Positions 11,208 to 20,746 of a stretch of 64,000 nucleotides of DNA are shown here, one piece after another. Source of the DNA: an uncultured bacterium (GTDB lineage: Bacteria > Patescibacteriota > JAHJAL01). Below the pieces are notes generated by a model that saw only the letters and a program-made list of their open reading frames with translations, had not been told where the DNA came from and did not search any database. The position numbers and the translations under genes are program-made. Every line of letters begins with the position of its first letter. Within the stretch, counting starts at the first letter, position 1. The DNA lies in NCBI GenBank assembly GCA_938004065.1, contig CALKWM010000017.1, positions 15,342-79,341 on the forward strand, read 5' to 3'.

Positions 11208-11326
11208 TGTTAACAATAATTAGTAGCCAGAAGACAGTTATTTTGGAGGTGATTTTGGCCCAATCGACTTCATAAAAAATCAAATCAAGCCAACCTGTCT
11301 TCCAAAACTACTAATTATTTTTAACA
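11208..11326 (-). ncRNA. Putative structured cis-regulatory RNA in the mraZ-rsmH intergenic region
   Basis: Imperfect outer inverted repeat of about 30 bp plus an inner hairpin whose mismatches become G-U pairs on the minus strand; an unpaired AUCACCUCC segment. Confidence 0.45.
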
Positions 11327-11336
11327 ATGCATAAGC

Positions 11337-11768
11337 TTACAAACCATATTCTTCCAATTGCTCCAACACTTCCTCCGATTGGTTTTCAAGTTGGCTTCGA
11401 TAATTTTCCCACTTATCCTCATCCCACAACTCCAAACGATCGTAAATCCCAACAAAAACCACTTTTTTATTAATCTTGGCAAATTCCTTGAGATAATTCG
11501 GCAAGTTTATCCTACCTTGTTTATCAGTCCTGACATCTACCGCTCCTGACAATAAAAACCTAACGTAACTTCTGACCTCCAATTTGGATTGCGGTAATTT
11601 TGCAATCTTGGCCATCAACTCTTCCCACTCATTCATCCGATATACTGTCAAACAACCATCATTTCCTCTAGTCAATATCGCCCCGTTCGACAATGCATCC
11701 CTAAATTTAGCAGGTACGGCAACCCTACCTTTTTCATCCACACTATGTTTAAATTCTCCAACAAACAT
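11337..11768 (-). CDS. mraZ: Transcriptional regulator MraZ
   Basis: Two DxxGR motifs (DEKGR, DKQGR); first gene of the dcw cluster. Confidence 0.96.
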   Translation of the reverse strand: MFVGEFKHSVDEKGRVAVPAKFRDALSNGAILTRGNDGCLTVYRMNEWEELMAKIAKLPQSKLEVRSYVRFLLSGAVDVRTDKQGRINLPNYLKEFAKINKKVVFVGIYDRLELWDEDKWENYRSQLENQSEEVLEQLEEYGL

Positions 11769-11781
11769 TTAAAATTTGGTT

Positions 11782-11854
11782 ACCACAATTCACCATTTTA
11801 CCCCACCTCCCCCCACTTAACTCCATAATATTCCACTAAAGCTTCACCAGTCAA
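11782..11854 (-). promoter_or_regulatory. dcw promoter with MraZ-binding direct repeats
   Basis: Minus strand has six (G/A)TGG units at exact 10-bp spacing (11783-11836), overlapping TTGACT-18-TATTAT. Confidence 0.8.
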
Positions 11855-11948
11855 CAGTTTTGAAAAATATTCTTGCAACACCAATCCTAGATAGTATTTT
11901 CATAGTACTTGAAAATACTTTTCCCCAATTACCACCATTTATCAATTC

Positions 11949-11982
11949 AAAAAAAATGCTACTTAAAAATAAATAGCATTTT
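11949..11982 (-). terminator. Probable intrinsic terminator after the glycine--tRNA ligase gene
   Basis: AAAATGCTA / TAGCATTTT inverted repeat followed by a U-run on the minus strand. Confidence 0.5.
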
Positions 11983-12001
11983 ATATTCGATGTAACTTTT
12001 T

Positions 12002-13396
12002 CTAACTCAGTAATTTTTCATCCAGCCACTTCTCCAGTTCTTCAATCTTGACTCTTTCTTGCTGCATTGTATCACGATCACGAACCGTCACCGCCTGATC
12101 TTTTTCAATGCTATCAAAATCAACAGTCACACAATACGGCGTCCCAATTTCATCCTGACGACGATATCTTTTGCCGATAGACTGAGTTACATCATGTTGA
12201 CACGCATATTTTGTGTTCAATTTATCAAAAATTTGCCGCGATACTTTTACCAATTCATCTTTTTTCATCAAAGGTAATACCGCCACTTTTATCGGCGCCA
12301 CTTTTTTGGAAAATTTAAGCACCACTCTAGTTTCTTTCTTATCGCCTTCACCAATTTCTTCTTCGTGATATGCATCCAACATTGTTACCAATGCCAATCT
12401 ACCCACACCCAGCGAAGTCTCAACAACACAAGGAATGTACTTTTCATTTCTCTCCTGATCAAAATACTGCAAATCCCTTCCGGAGAACATGCTATGTCTT
12501 TTCAAGTCCCAATCACCTCGATTATGTTGTCCCCAAAACTCCGCCCAGCCCCATGGAGAATTATACTCAATATCGTATGCGTCACGAGCATAATGTGCTC
12601 TTTCTTCCGGTTCATGTTGCCGAAAACGTAGATTTTCTTTATCAATCCCAATTTCCTCCTGTAAAAATTTCATACTCTCGCTCTTCCAATATTCATATTT
12701 TTCATCGGCCTCACTGGGATGAAGAAAATACTGCATTTCCATTTGTTCAAATTCGCGAGTACGATAAATAAAATTTTTTGTAGTAATCTCATTTCGAAAA
12801 GCTTTCCCAATTTGAGCAATACCAAACGGCAATTTCTGACGAGTGGACTGTAATACATTTTCAAAATTTACAAAAATTGTTTGGCATGTTTCACCTCGCA
12901 AATAAACCGTCCTTTTTTCTCCCTCGGTCACACCGATTGAACACTCCATTAATAAATTAAAACTTCTTATGTCGGTCCAATCAATTGCACCACAATTTTC
13001 ACAAGATATTTCTTCATCTTTCAACATCAAACTCAACTCCGGCAAAGTCTTGCCAGCAACTTTATCCACACCCAATTTTTCTTCCAAAATTTTATCCGCC
13101 CGATATCGCTTCTTGCAACTTTTACAATCAACCAAAGGGTCGGTAAAACTATCCACATGTCCTGATGCTTCCCAAATCTTGGGATGGGTCAAAATCTGCC
13201 CATCGATTCCTTCAATATCTTCCCGCTTCCACACAACATTTTTCCACCACAATTCTTTTAAATTACTAATCAATTCAACCCCCAACGGACCATAATCATA
13301 GATACTGGCAAAACCACCATATATCTCACTTGACGGATAAACAAAACCACGTTGTTTTGCCCAAGCCACCAATTTATCCATACTTACTTGTGTCAC
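12002..13396 (-). CDS. glyQS: Glycine--tRNA ligase, archaeal/eukaryal (alpha2) type
   Basis: YDYGPLG, WEASGH, LRGETCQ, FRNEI, REFEQME and IGKRYRRQDEIG motifs. Confidence 0.95.
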   Translation of the reverse strand: MTQVSMDKLVAWAKQRGFVYPSSEIYGGFASIYDYGPLGVELISNLKELWWKNVVWKREDIEGIDGQILTHPKIWEASGHVDSFTDPLVDCKSCKKRYRADKILEEKLGVDKVAGKTLPELSLMLKDEEISCENCGAIDWTDIRSFNLLMECSIGVTEGEKRTVYLRGETCQTIFVNFENVLQSTRQKLPFGIAQIGKAFRNEITTKNFIYRTREFEQMEMQYFLHPSEADEKYEYWKSESMKFLQEEIGIDKENLRFRQHEPEERAHYARDAYDIEYNSPWGWAEFWGQHNRGDWDLKRHSMFSGRDLQYFDQERNEKYIPCVVETSLGVGRLALVTMLDAYHEEEIGEGDKKETRVVLKFSKKVAPIKVAVLPLMKKDELVKVSRQIFDKLNTKYACQHDVTQSIGKRYRRQDEIGTPYCVTVDFDSIEKDQAVTVRDRDTMQQERVKIEELEKWLDEKLLS

Positions 13397-13602
13397 TTTT
13401 TACCTCCTGCAATTTTTATATACTATACAAAATTACTATCAAGCCATCAATGACATAATTTTTTAAATAATATTTTCATCCAACCATAAACATATTATAA
13501 ATAATTTCCAACATTATTAATATCCATTGTCAGTATTCAAATTATCTTTTCTAAATATGGACTATTCAAAAAATTTTCCCTCTCTCCAATACAATTGACC
13601 GC

Positions 13603-14544
13603 CTAACCAAAAATAATCTTTTTTACCATTGACTGATAATCAAATCCACTCTTCCTCCATATCTTTGCCATATCACTCTCCGCACCAACTGACGGCGACA
13701 AATCAATCTCAGCAATTTTCCAACCATCTATGTATCTATTAATTATAAACATACCATAATCACACACATCGTAGTTTTTGACGAAATTGATCACAAAATC
13801 CTGTATCTCTCTCTCAAATATTTTATCTTCCGCCAAAGACAACTTATTTTGCAAATTTTTAGATAACAATTTTGAAGGTAAAAAATTTTGTCGCCCAATA
13901 AAACTAATCATATATTTTTTGTTCAACACTCCCAATTCTTTGATCGTCACCTCACCGTAACCTTCTTCAAAAATTTTAAAAACCATGTTGGCAAAATTCT
14001 CAAATAATGATATTCGTTCACAATGACTTCCATAACTTATTTCCAACGGAAATTTATAATTCACCCTGATCTCATCTTCAATACTGGCATAATTTTTCTC
14101 CCAATCTGTCAGTATAATTTCAAGTGATTTCAAATCATCAAACACCAAATCGGTAAAAATTTTTTTAGCCAAAACCCTTTCCTGACATATGAAAGACACG
14201 GCACTTTCCGAACCAACCATATCAACTCCGGCAAACTCCAAAACCGATTTCAAACCTAAATTGGTGAAATTATACCCACCAATCAATGGCCATACTTTCC
14301 CAAGAGCTATACCTTCATTCAATCCACCACCGATAACAAACTCATCCTGATCGAGCAATATCATTCGATTTGCCAATATATTCACTCTCTTCATTCCTTC
14401 CGCATTTTTCCACCACATCCATCCATGATCATCAATCTGCAATCTTTGTACTTTTAGTGAACCGGCCAATATTCCTTGTAAATCTTCAGCATATTCATGT
14501 TTTTCATCACGCCCTCCTTCCACTAACAATACATCTATTTTCAT
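13603..14544 (-). CDS. Degenerate D-Ala-D-Ala ligase-like (ATP-grasp) protein
   Basis: Overall Ddl layout is kept (GG-E-HE, LEFAGVDMVGS, EIDLSP...GFDY), but the catalytic motifs are altered. Confidence 0.6.
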   Translation of the reverse strand: MKIDVLLVEGGRDEKHEYAEDLQGILAGSLKVQRLQIDDHGWMWWKNAEGMKRVNILANRMILLDQDEFVIGGGLNEGIALGKVWPLIGGYNFTNLGLKSVLEFAGVDMVGSESAVSFICQERVLAKKIFTDLVFDDLKSLEIILTDWEKNYASIEDEIRVNYKFPLEISYGSHCERISLFENFANMVFKIFEEGYGEVTIKELGVLNKKYMISFIGRQNFLPSKLLSKNLQNKLSLAEDKIFEREIQDFVINFVKNYDVCDYGMFIINRYIDGWKIAEIDLSPSVGAESDMAKIWRKSGFDYQSMVKKIIFG

Positions 14545-14548
14545 ATTA

Positions 14549-15316
14549 CTATGATAAATTTTTATAAACTTCATTCAAAAAATCTAACGATTTTAACTCC
14601 TTTTTATGATAAATATCAAATAATTTAAATGAATAGTCCATCACTTCTTTTGCGCCATAAATCGATTCCGTGTTTATCAATTCATCGCAAGATTTTGTCG
14701 CTACCTGACAATACATATCATAAATACCTCTATTCATCTCACCAAAAACCAGATTACCACTTACGCATTTTTTACAACACACTCCGTACTCCGTCATCAA
14801 TAAATCACTCACCACATCTTTTCCGCAAATACTACAACCCAAAACAATCGGTAACCTTCCCGATAACGCCAGTACCGACATCAAAAATGATGCTAAAAAC
14901 AACTCAATTTTTTCACGTTTATCAAAATTCAGCCGATTTCGTTGATAGCAATCCAGATAGTCACAAACCAAATTAAATATCGTCTGATCATCTTGACCAA
15001 ATACACTGAGCAATTCCACCACTTCCATCAACAACCCCCCCACTCCCAGTCCGGCTAAACTTTTTTCCAGCATTTTATAATCTTCAACCAATACTGCATC
15101 TTTCAAAATATCAAATCCCCTTCTTTGTTCCACCTCAATTTGCAATATCAAAAAACTGTCCGACAACCCACCAAGTCTCGACCCGGGTTTTCTAACTCCT
15201 TTGGCCAAAACATCTATCCGACCGAAATCTTCAGTCAACAACAACAACACTCGGTCATATTCACCAAAATTTCGCTTCTTCAATACCAAGGATTTAGTTT
15301 TAATTAATTTTTCCAA
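14549..15316 (-). CDS. recO: DNA repair protein RecO
   Basis: FGEYDRVLLLLT...AKGVRK N-terminal OB fold; CSIC...CKKC zinc finger. Likely TTG start at 15316. Confidence 0.88.
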   Translation of the reverse strand: MEKLIKTKSLVLKKRNFGEYDRVLLLLTEDFGRIDVLAKGVRKPGSRLGGLSDSFLILQIEVEQRRGFDILKDAVLVEDYKMLEKSLAGLGVGGLLMEVVELLSVFGQDDQTIFNLVCDYLDCYQRNRLNFDKREKIELFLASFLMSVLALSGRLPIVLGCSICGKDVVSDLLMTEYGVCCKKCVSGNLVFGEMNRGIYDMYCQVATKSCDELINTESIYGAKEVMDYSFKLFDIYHKKELKSLDFLNEVYKNLS

Positions 15317-15320
15317 ATGA

Positions 15321-16415
15321 TTATATTTTAACTCCACGATATTTGATAGATAAAACAATTGCCAACACCATCATAATGGTGATCATCGAAGTTCCACCGG
15401 AACTTATGAGCGGCAACGGAATACCGGTTACCGGCATCACGCCAATATTCATCCCGATATTCACAAAAACTTGAAAAACAATCATTGCTCCAATACCTCC
15501 CGCCAAATAATAACCAAACTGATCAATCGTCATAAACGCCAATTTCCAAATATACCACACCAGATATGAATAACATAACAAAACCACTATCGCTCCCATG
15601 AAACCAAACTCCTCACCCAAAACCGCAAATGCAAAATCCGAATAAGCCACCGGTAAAAACTGTAACTGCGATTGCCAACCTTTTCCCAATCCCAATCCAT
15701 ACCAACTGCCACTGCCAATAGCAATCTGTGATTGTAACACATTGTAACCCATACCATACGGGTCGCGGGTCGGATCAATAAAAGTTAAAATTCGATTTTG
15801 TTGATAATCTTGTAATAAAAACCACGAAAAAGGCAACGCCAACAAAACCACCGCTACTATTGACCAGAAATAAATCCGTAAAAAAGGAGACAAAAATACC
15901 ATCAACCCCCAAATAACCAATAACACCAATGACGAACCCAAATCTGGTTGCAACATAATCAAAACTACCGGCAAAGAAGTTAAAAGAAAACTGACAATTA
16001 CATCTCGCCAAACCACAGTGTCTCCCCTCTTAGACATAAAATCAGCCATAAACATTAGATACAACACTTTTACCACCTCAACTGGTTGAAATCGAAAAAT
16101 AACCAGATCAATCCAACGCTGTGCGCCAAACTCAGTCCTCCCAAAAAAAAATACCAAAATCAGCAATAACAATATTAGAGCATACAACCACCATCCGATA
16201 TTACGATAAACTCGATAATCTATCCGCATCACCCACCAAAAAACTCCGATTGACAACAAAACCAATATTATTTGCTTCCATAAACCACCAATCCCAGACT
16301 CAGAAACCGACAAACTATAAAAAACTAATAATCCAAATACTAAGAGTAAAAAAATTGATAAAAAAAATACCCATTCCATCAATGTTGTATTTTTCAATGA
16401 AAAGTTAGTGTTCAT
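15321..16415 (-). CDS. rodA: SEDS protein RodA
   Basis: GAQRW, QPVE, QPDLGS, GEEFGF and PLISSGGT motifs; second SEDS gene, outside the dcw cluster. Confidence 0.9.
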   Translation of the reverse strand: MNTNFSLKNTTLMEWVFFLSIFLLLVFGLLVFYSLSVSESGIGGLWKQIILVLLSIGVFWWVMRIDYRVYRNIGWWLYALILLLLILVFFFGRTEFGAQRWIDLVIFRFQPVEVVKVLYLMFMADFMSKRGDTVVWRDVIVSFLLTSLPVVLIMLQPDLGSSLVLLVIWGLMVFLSPFLRIYFWSIVAVVLLALPFSWFLLQDYQQNRILTFIDPTRDPYGMGYNVLQSQIAIGSGSWYGLGLGKGWQSQLQFLPVAYSDFAFAVLGEEFGFMGAIVVLLCYSYLVWYIWKLAFMTIDQFGYYLAGGIGAMIVFQVFVNIGMNIGVMPVTGIPLPLISSGGTSMITIMMVLAIVLSIKYRGVKI

Positions 16416-16518
16416 ACTGATATTATAACAAATAATCATACTTATTATAAATCAGCCCCACTCCACTAACTAACAAAATTATTTTAATATCTAAAAATAT
16501 CTAATAACAATTCAAAAA

Positions 16519-16773
16519 CTATGATAATTTTTCTTGTAAATATGCTTTTTCAGCATCTATCTCCAACAATTTCTGTCTGGAATTGGCACCGGCAACTATT
16601 CTTACAGCACTTTTTGACAAATCCAACTTTTCCGCCAAAAAACTTATCAACCTTTTGTTGGCCTCACCATCAATCGGCTTTGCTTTTATCTCTACCTTCA
16701 AAACTTCCCCCAACCATCCCACAATTGCATCACTTTTTGCTTCCGGTTTAACTTTGACAAATATTTTGATCAT
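16519..16773 (-). CDS. DUF167/YggU family protein
   Basis: VKVKP, PIDGEAN and GANSRQK motifs. Confidence 0.88.
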   Translation of the reverse strand: MIKIFVKVKPEAKSDAIVGWLGEVLKVEIKAKPIDGEANKRLISFLAEKLDLSKSAVRIVAGANSRQKLLEIDAEKAYLQEKLS

Positions 16774-17021
16774 ATACTATTCATTAGAAGTGAAACCAAT
16801 ACATCCCCCCCATACTGCAAAATCAATAGTGCTAAAATGGGACTTAAATCCAGCATCCCTCCCAACGGAGGTAAAATCATCCTCAACGGACCCAGCACCC
16901 ATTCGGTAGTATCATATATGTAACGATTCCGATATGCAAACCAAGAAAAAATTACCCTTAGAAATATAAGGATAATTAATATCTGTCTAATCAACACAAT
17001 AAAATTTACTAAAAATATCAT
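16770..17021 (-). CDS. yggT: YggT family membrane protein
   Basis: RVIFSW, TEWVLGPLR and GMLDLSP motifs; downstream of ftsZ. Confidence 0.88.
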   Translation of the reverse strand: MIFLVNFIVLIRQILIILIFLRVIFSWFAYRNRYIYDTTEWVLGPLRMILPPLGGMLDLSPILALLILQYGGDVLVSLLMNSI

Positions 17022-17030
17022 CAGAAAATA

Positions 17031-18167
17031 TTATTTCATTTTTCTGCGAATAAACGCCGGAACTTCCAACTCATCTTCCGGTTCATTGTTTACACTAGAA
17101 CTAAGTGGTCGACTGGCTGAATTTTGAGATAACATACTGGCAGAAGAATAAGATGATGAATCCATCACTCTGGGTCTCTCATTTTTTCCTTCAAAATTGG
17201 TAGCTACTACGGTGATCCTAACCTCTCCCTGCATAGTTTCATCAATGACCGCACCAAAAATAATATTTGCTTCCGGATCAGCCGCTTCAGTTATAGTTTT
17301 TGCCGCCTCATCAATTTCGTACATACCCAGATCGGGACCACCGGTAATATTCATCAAAATCCCTTTGGCACCATCAATTGATATCTCAAGCAATGGACTA
17401 TCTATTGCCGCCCTGGCCGCCTCGATTGCCCTGGATTCTCCCGTACCGGAGCCAATTCCCATCAAAGCCGTTCCACTATCCTGCATAATTGCCTTAACGT
17501 CAGCAAAATCAAGATTAATCAAACCATGTTGAGTGATCAAATCAGTAATACCCTTTACACCTTGACGCAAAACATCATCTACCACCCGAAAAGCATCCAT
17601 CAAAGTAGTTTTCTTATCAACAACTTGCAATAAACGATCATTTGGAATAACTATCAATGTATCAACATTTTTTCTCAGTTCCTCAATCCCCGCCTCTGCC
17701 AATTTCATTCTTCTTTGACCTTCAAAAGTAAATGGCTTGGTTACTACCGCCACTGTTAAAGCACCCAATTCTTTAGCAATACCAGCCACAACCGGAGCCG
17801 CTCCGGTACCGGTTCCACCTCCCATACCGGCTGTCACAAAAACCATATCACTCTCTCGCAACTCTTCATAAATCTCATCTTTATTTTCCTCAGCTGACAT
17901 TCTGCCTTTTTCCGGATCCGCTCCACAGCCCAAACCCCTGGTCAAATCACGTCCAATCTGAATAGAACTCTCTGCCAAACTTTCTTTCAATGCTTGAGCA
18001 TCAGAATTAACCGCAATAAAATCAACACCTTTCAACTTGGCTTCAATCATTCTATTTATAGCCGATCCACCACTCCCGCCAACTCCGATTACCTTTATCC
18101 TGGCGCTTCCATCCCCTTTTTCACTTGAAATCATCGAAGAAATAGGTTTTTTGTTATCTTTTGTCAT
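17031..18167 (-). CDS. ftsZ: Cell division protein FtsZ
   Basis: GGGTGTG tubulin signature, NLDFAD, and C-terminal EVPAFIRR. Confidence 0.98.
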   Translation of the reverse strand: MTKDNKKPISSMISSEKGDGSARIKVIGVGGSGGSAINRMIEAKLKGVDFIAVNSDAQALKESLAESSIQIGRDLTRGLGCGADPEKGRMSAEENKDEIYEELRESDMVFVTAGMGGGTGTGAAPVVAGIAKELGALTVAVVTKPFTFEGQRRMKLAEAGIEELRKNVDTLIVIPNDRLLQVVDKKTTLMDAFRVVDDVLRQGVKGITDLITQHGLINLDFADVKAIMQDSGTALMGIGSGTGESRAIEAARAAIDSPLLEISIDGAKGILMNITGGPDLGMYEIDEAAKTITEAADPEANIIFGAVIDETMQGEVRITVVATNFEGKNERPRVMDSSSYSSASMLSQNSASRPLSSSVNNEPEDELEVPAFIRRKMK

Positions 18168-18253
18168 ATATCTAATTAAAATTATTAACTTATGAAAATA
18201 TTAAAAAAATATCTAAACAAATTATACCCCCTAAAACCCATAAAAATCAATCT

Positions 18254-19498
18254 CTATGGCAAAAACTGCCCAAACCAATCTTTTACTTTATTCCAGCTAT
18301 CCCCGGATTTACTTATTTGTCCAACAGCTACAACATTTTCACCCTTTACAACTGACTGTGCTCCCCAATTCATCAATCCCACCGCACACACCATTCTTGG
18401 ATCGTCAGAAATCTTGTCAATCATGCCACCGACATTGACAGGCAAACCCATTTGTGAAGGCAATCTCAAAGACTCCTTTGCCAGATCAACCGTTCCTAAA
18501 AGTTTACTGCCGCCACCTGTCATCACCACTCCCGCTGGTAACATTCCATCTCGCCCGACTTTTTTTAACTCATCACTTACCATACCCAAAATTTCTAACA
18601 TTCGTGCCTCAATAATCTCCGCCACTTCTCTTTTACTTACAAAAATCCCGTCTGACACACCATATTTTTTTAAATCAATTCTTTCTCTTTCCGGTATTAC
18701 TGCCGGTATGGCACAACCTTCATCCAATTTTACTTTCTCGGCAATCTCAATCGAAGTCCGAAGACCAATAGCAATATCATTGGTTACATGAGATGAGCCA
18801 ATTGGTAATACACATGTATGCAACACATTTCCCTCTTCAAAAACAGCCACCCCGGTAGTACTGTAACCAATATCCACCACCACCACTCCAACCTCTTTTT
18901 GATTTTTAGTCAATACTGCTTTTGCTGACGCTAAGACACCCAAAATCAATTCGTCAATATCTAAACCAGCTTGATAAACACATTTGGTCAAGTTTTTAAT
19001 CGAAGGCGTTGAAGCGGTAATCACATGCGCTTCCACCTCCAATCGTACACCTGTCATACCAACCGGATCATGAATACCATCCTGGTCATCAACTTTGTAA
19101 CTACGAGGTATCACATGTAAAATTTCTCGGTTTGCAGGAACTGAAACCGCTCTGGCTGCCTCCAAAACCCGCGCCACATCATCAGCGGAAATTTCCCCAT
19201 CGGATTTTGATACCGCAATTACACCCTTAGAATTTTGTGATTGAATTGCCGCACTATCAACTCCGATAAACGCATTATCTATCGGCACTCCCGCCATTCT
19301 TTCCGCCGACTCCAAAACTGCCGAAATTGCACTAACGGTCTCTTCAATATCAACTACCACTCCCTTCCTTAAACCAAAAGAGGGAACACACCCATAACCC
19401 AAAATTTCCGGTTCTGCTTTGTCAGGCAATAAATGTCCAACAACCGCACAAACTTTTGTACCTCCAATATCTAACCCTGTAACGATTTCTTTTGACAT
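18254..19498 (-). CDS. ftsA: Cell division protein FtsA
   Basis: GLDIGGTKV, VDIG and TGGGS actin-fold motifs; upstream of ftsZ. Confidence 0.96.
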   Translation of the reverse strand: MSKEIVTGLDIGGTKVCAVVGHLLPDKAEPEILGYGCVPSFGLRKGVVVDIEETVSAISAVLESAERMAGVPIDNAFIGVDSAAIQSQNSKGVIAVSKSDGEISADDVARVLEAARAVSVPANREILHVIPRSYKVDDQDGIHDPVGMTGVRLEVEAHVITASTPSIKNLTKCVYQAGLDIDELILGVLASAKAVLTKNQKEVGVVVVDIGYSTTGVAVFEEGNVLHTCVLPIGSSHVTNDIAIGLRTSIEIAEKVKLDEGCAIPAVIPERERIDLKKYGVSDGIFVSKREVAEIIEARMLEILGMVSDELKKVGRDGMLPAGVVMTGGGSKLLGTVDLAKESLRLPSQMGLPVNVGGMIDKISDDPRMVCAVGLMNWGAQSVVKGENVVAVGQISKSGDSWNKVKDWFGQFLP

Positions 19499-19515
19499 GA
19501 AAAATTGCCCTCCAA

Positions 19516-20688
19516 TTATTTCATTTCATCTAATAATATACTTACCTTACTGACTTCACCCTTACGATAATACTCCACTTCTATCGTATCCCCGGGTGAA
19601 TAATTTTGTAACAATCCCGCTAAACTATGTTTCTCATCAATTTTTTTTCCATCAATTGCCACTATTATATCATTTACTTTCAAATCAGCTTTATCCGCCG
19701 GACTTCCCGGAATTACCGCTAATTCTCCAACTCCCTCGGAATATATCAAAGCACCATATTTTACATCCAATTGATTCAATGCAGCAAATTCCGGTGTCAG
19801 AGGCAAATATCTGATTCCCAATCTGGGTCTTGAGATTACTCCATTTTCAATATAACTTTCAATCGCTGATTTGGCTTGATTTATAGGTATCGCAAAACCG
19901 ATACTGGTAGCGTCCAAATCAATTGCCGTATTAATACCCACTACACTACCATCCAGATCAACCAAAGGACCACCTGAATTTCCGGGATTGATAGCCGCAT
20001 CGGTTTGGATCATATTTTCTAACTGTTCATTGTTACCATAACCATCTCCTGCCAAAATCGTTCGATCAACCGCACTAACCACTCCGGTCGTTACGGTATT
20101 TTGATACTCATTTAATGCATTACCAATAGCAATCACCCGTTGACCAATTTTCAAATTATCAGAATCACCGAGATTCAAAACCGGCAAACCATCAGCATCA
20201 ATTTTTACAATTGCCAGATCATTCATCGGATCCAAAGCCATCAACTTGGCATCATAGCTTACACCATCGGACGTAATTACTGTATATTCCGCACTACTGT
20301 CATTTACCACATGTTTATTGGTTAATATCAAACCATCACTGGTTATAATAAAACCGGTGCCACCACCCTCCTCCTCATATACTTGTCCAAAATAATCTCT
20401 TACATTTCTAGTCAAAGTAATACTTACAACCGAAGGATTAACAACTGCTACCGCATCGATAACCGCCGAATTCTCTTCTATGTTGTACGTTTTTGAACCC
20501 GAAAAAGGCAAAGCAAAATCCGAATTCAATTCTCCTGTACTACTATCATGATTGGTAACAACCCACCACGCCGTTATTCCACCACAGATCACTGCAAAAA
20601 AAACTGTCACAATAAAAGTCAGTAATAACAAAAAACAACTAGTTGTTTTTGAAAATGAAGTCATAATTATTTTCTTTTTTACTCCCAT
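19516..20688 (-). CDS. htrA: HtrA/DegP-family serine protease with PDZ domain
   Basis: TM anchor; TNKHV, DLA and GNSGGPL triad; C-terminal PDZ. Confidence 0.92.
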   Translation of the reverse strand: MGVKKKIIMTSFSKTTSCFLLLLTFIVTVFFAVICGGITAWWVVTNHDSSTGELNSDFALPFSGSKTYNIEENSAVIDAVAVVNPSVVSITLTRNVRDYFGQVYEEEGGGTGFIITSDGLILTNKHVVNDSSAEYTVITSDGVSYDAKLMALDPMNDLAIVKIDADGLPVLNLGDSDNLKIGQRVIAIGNALNEYQNTVTTGVVSAVDRTILAGDGYGNNEQLENMIQTDAAINPGNSGGPLVDLDGSVVGINTAIDLDATSIGFAIPINQAKSAIESYIENGVISRPRLGIRYLPLTPEFAALNQLDVKYGALIYSEGVGELAVIPGSPADKADLKVNDIIVAIDGKKIDEKHSLAGLLQNYSPGDTIEVEYYRKGEVSKVSILLDEMK

Positions 20689-20746
20689 ATTTAAAGATAT
20701 CACAAATCCAAAATCTTGACCATTTATAGCAAATGTGTTAAAAATG

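Noticed and set aside
11245-11275. Plus-strand GGAGGTG followed by TTG as the RBS of an antisense ORF
   Set aside because: The ORF is only 6 codons long; the minus-strand RNA structure explains the region better.
13397-13602. Possible T-box leader upstream of the glycine--tRNA ligase gene
   Set aside because: No T-box consensus or terminator/antiterminator; a promoter-like TTGATG-17-TATAGT lies close to the start.
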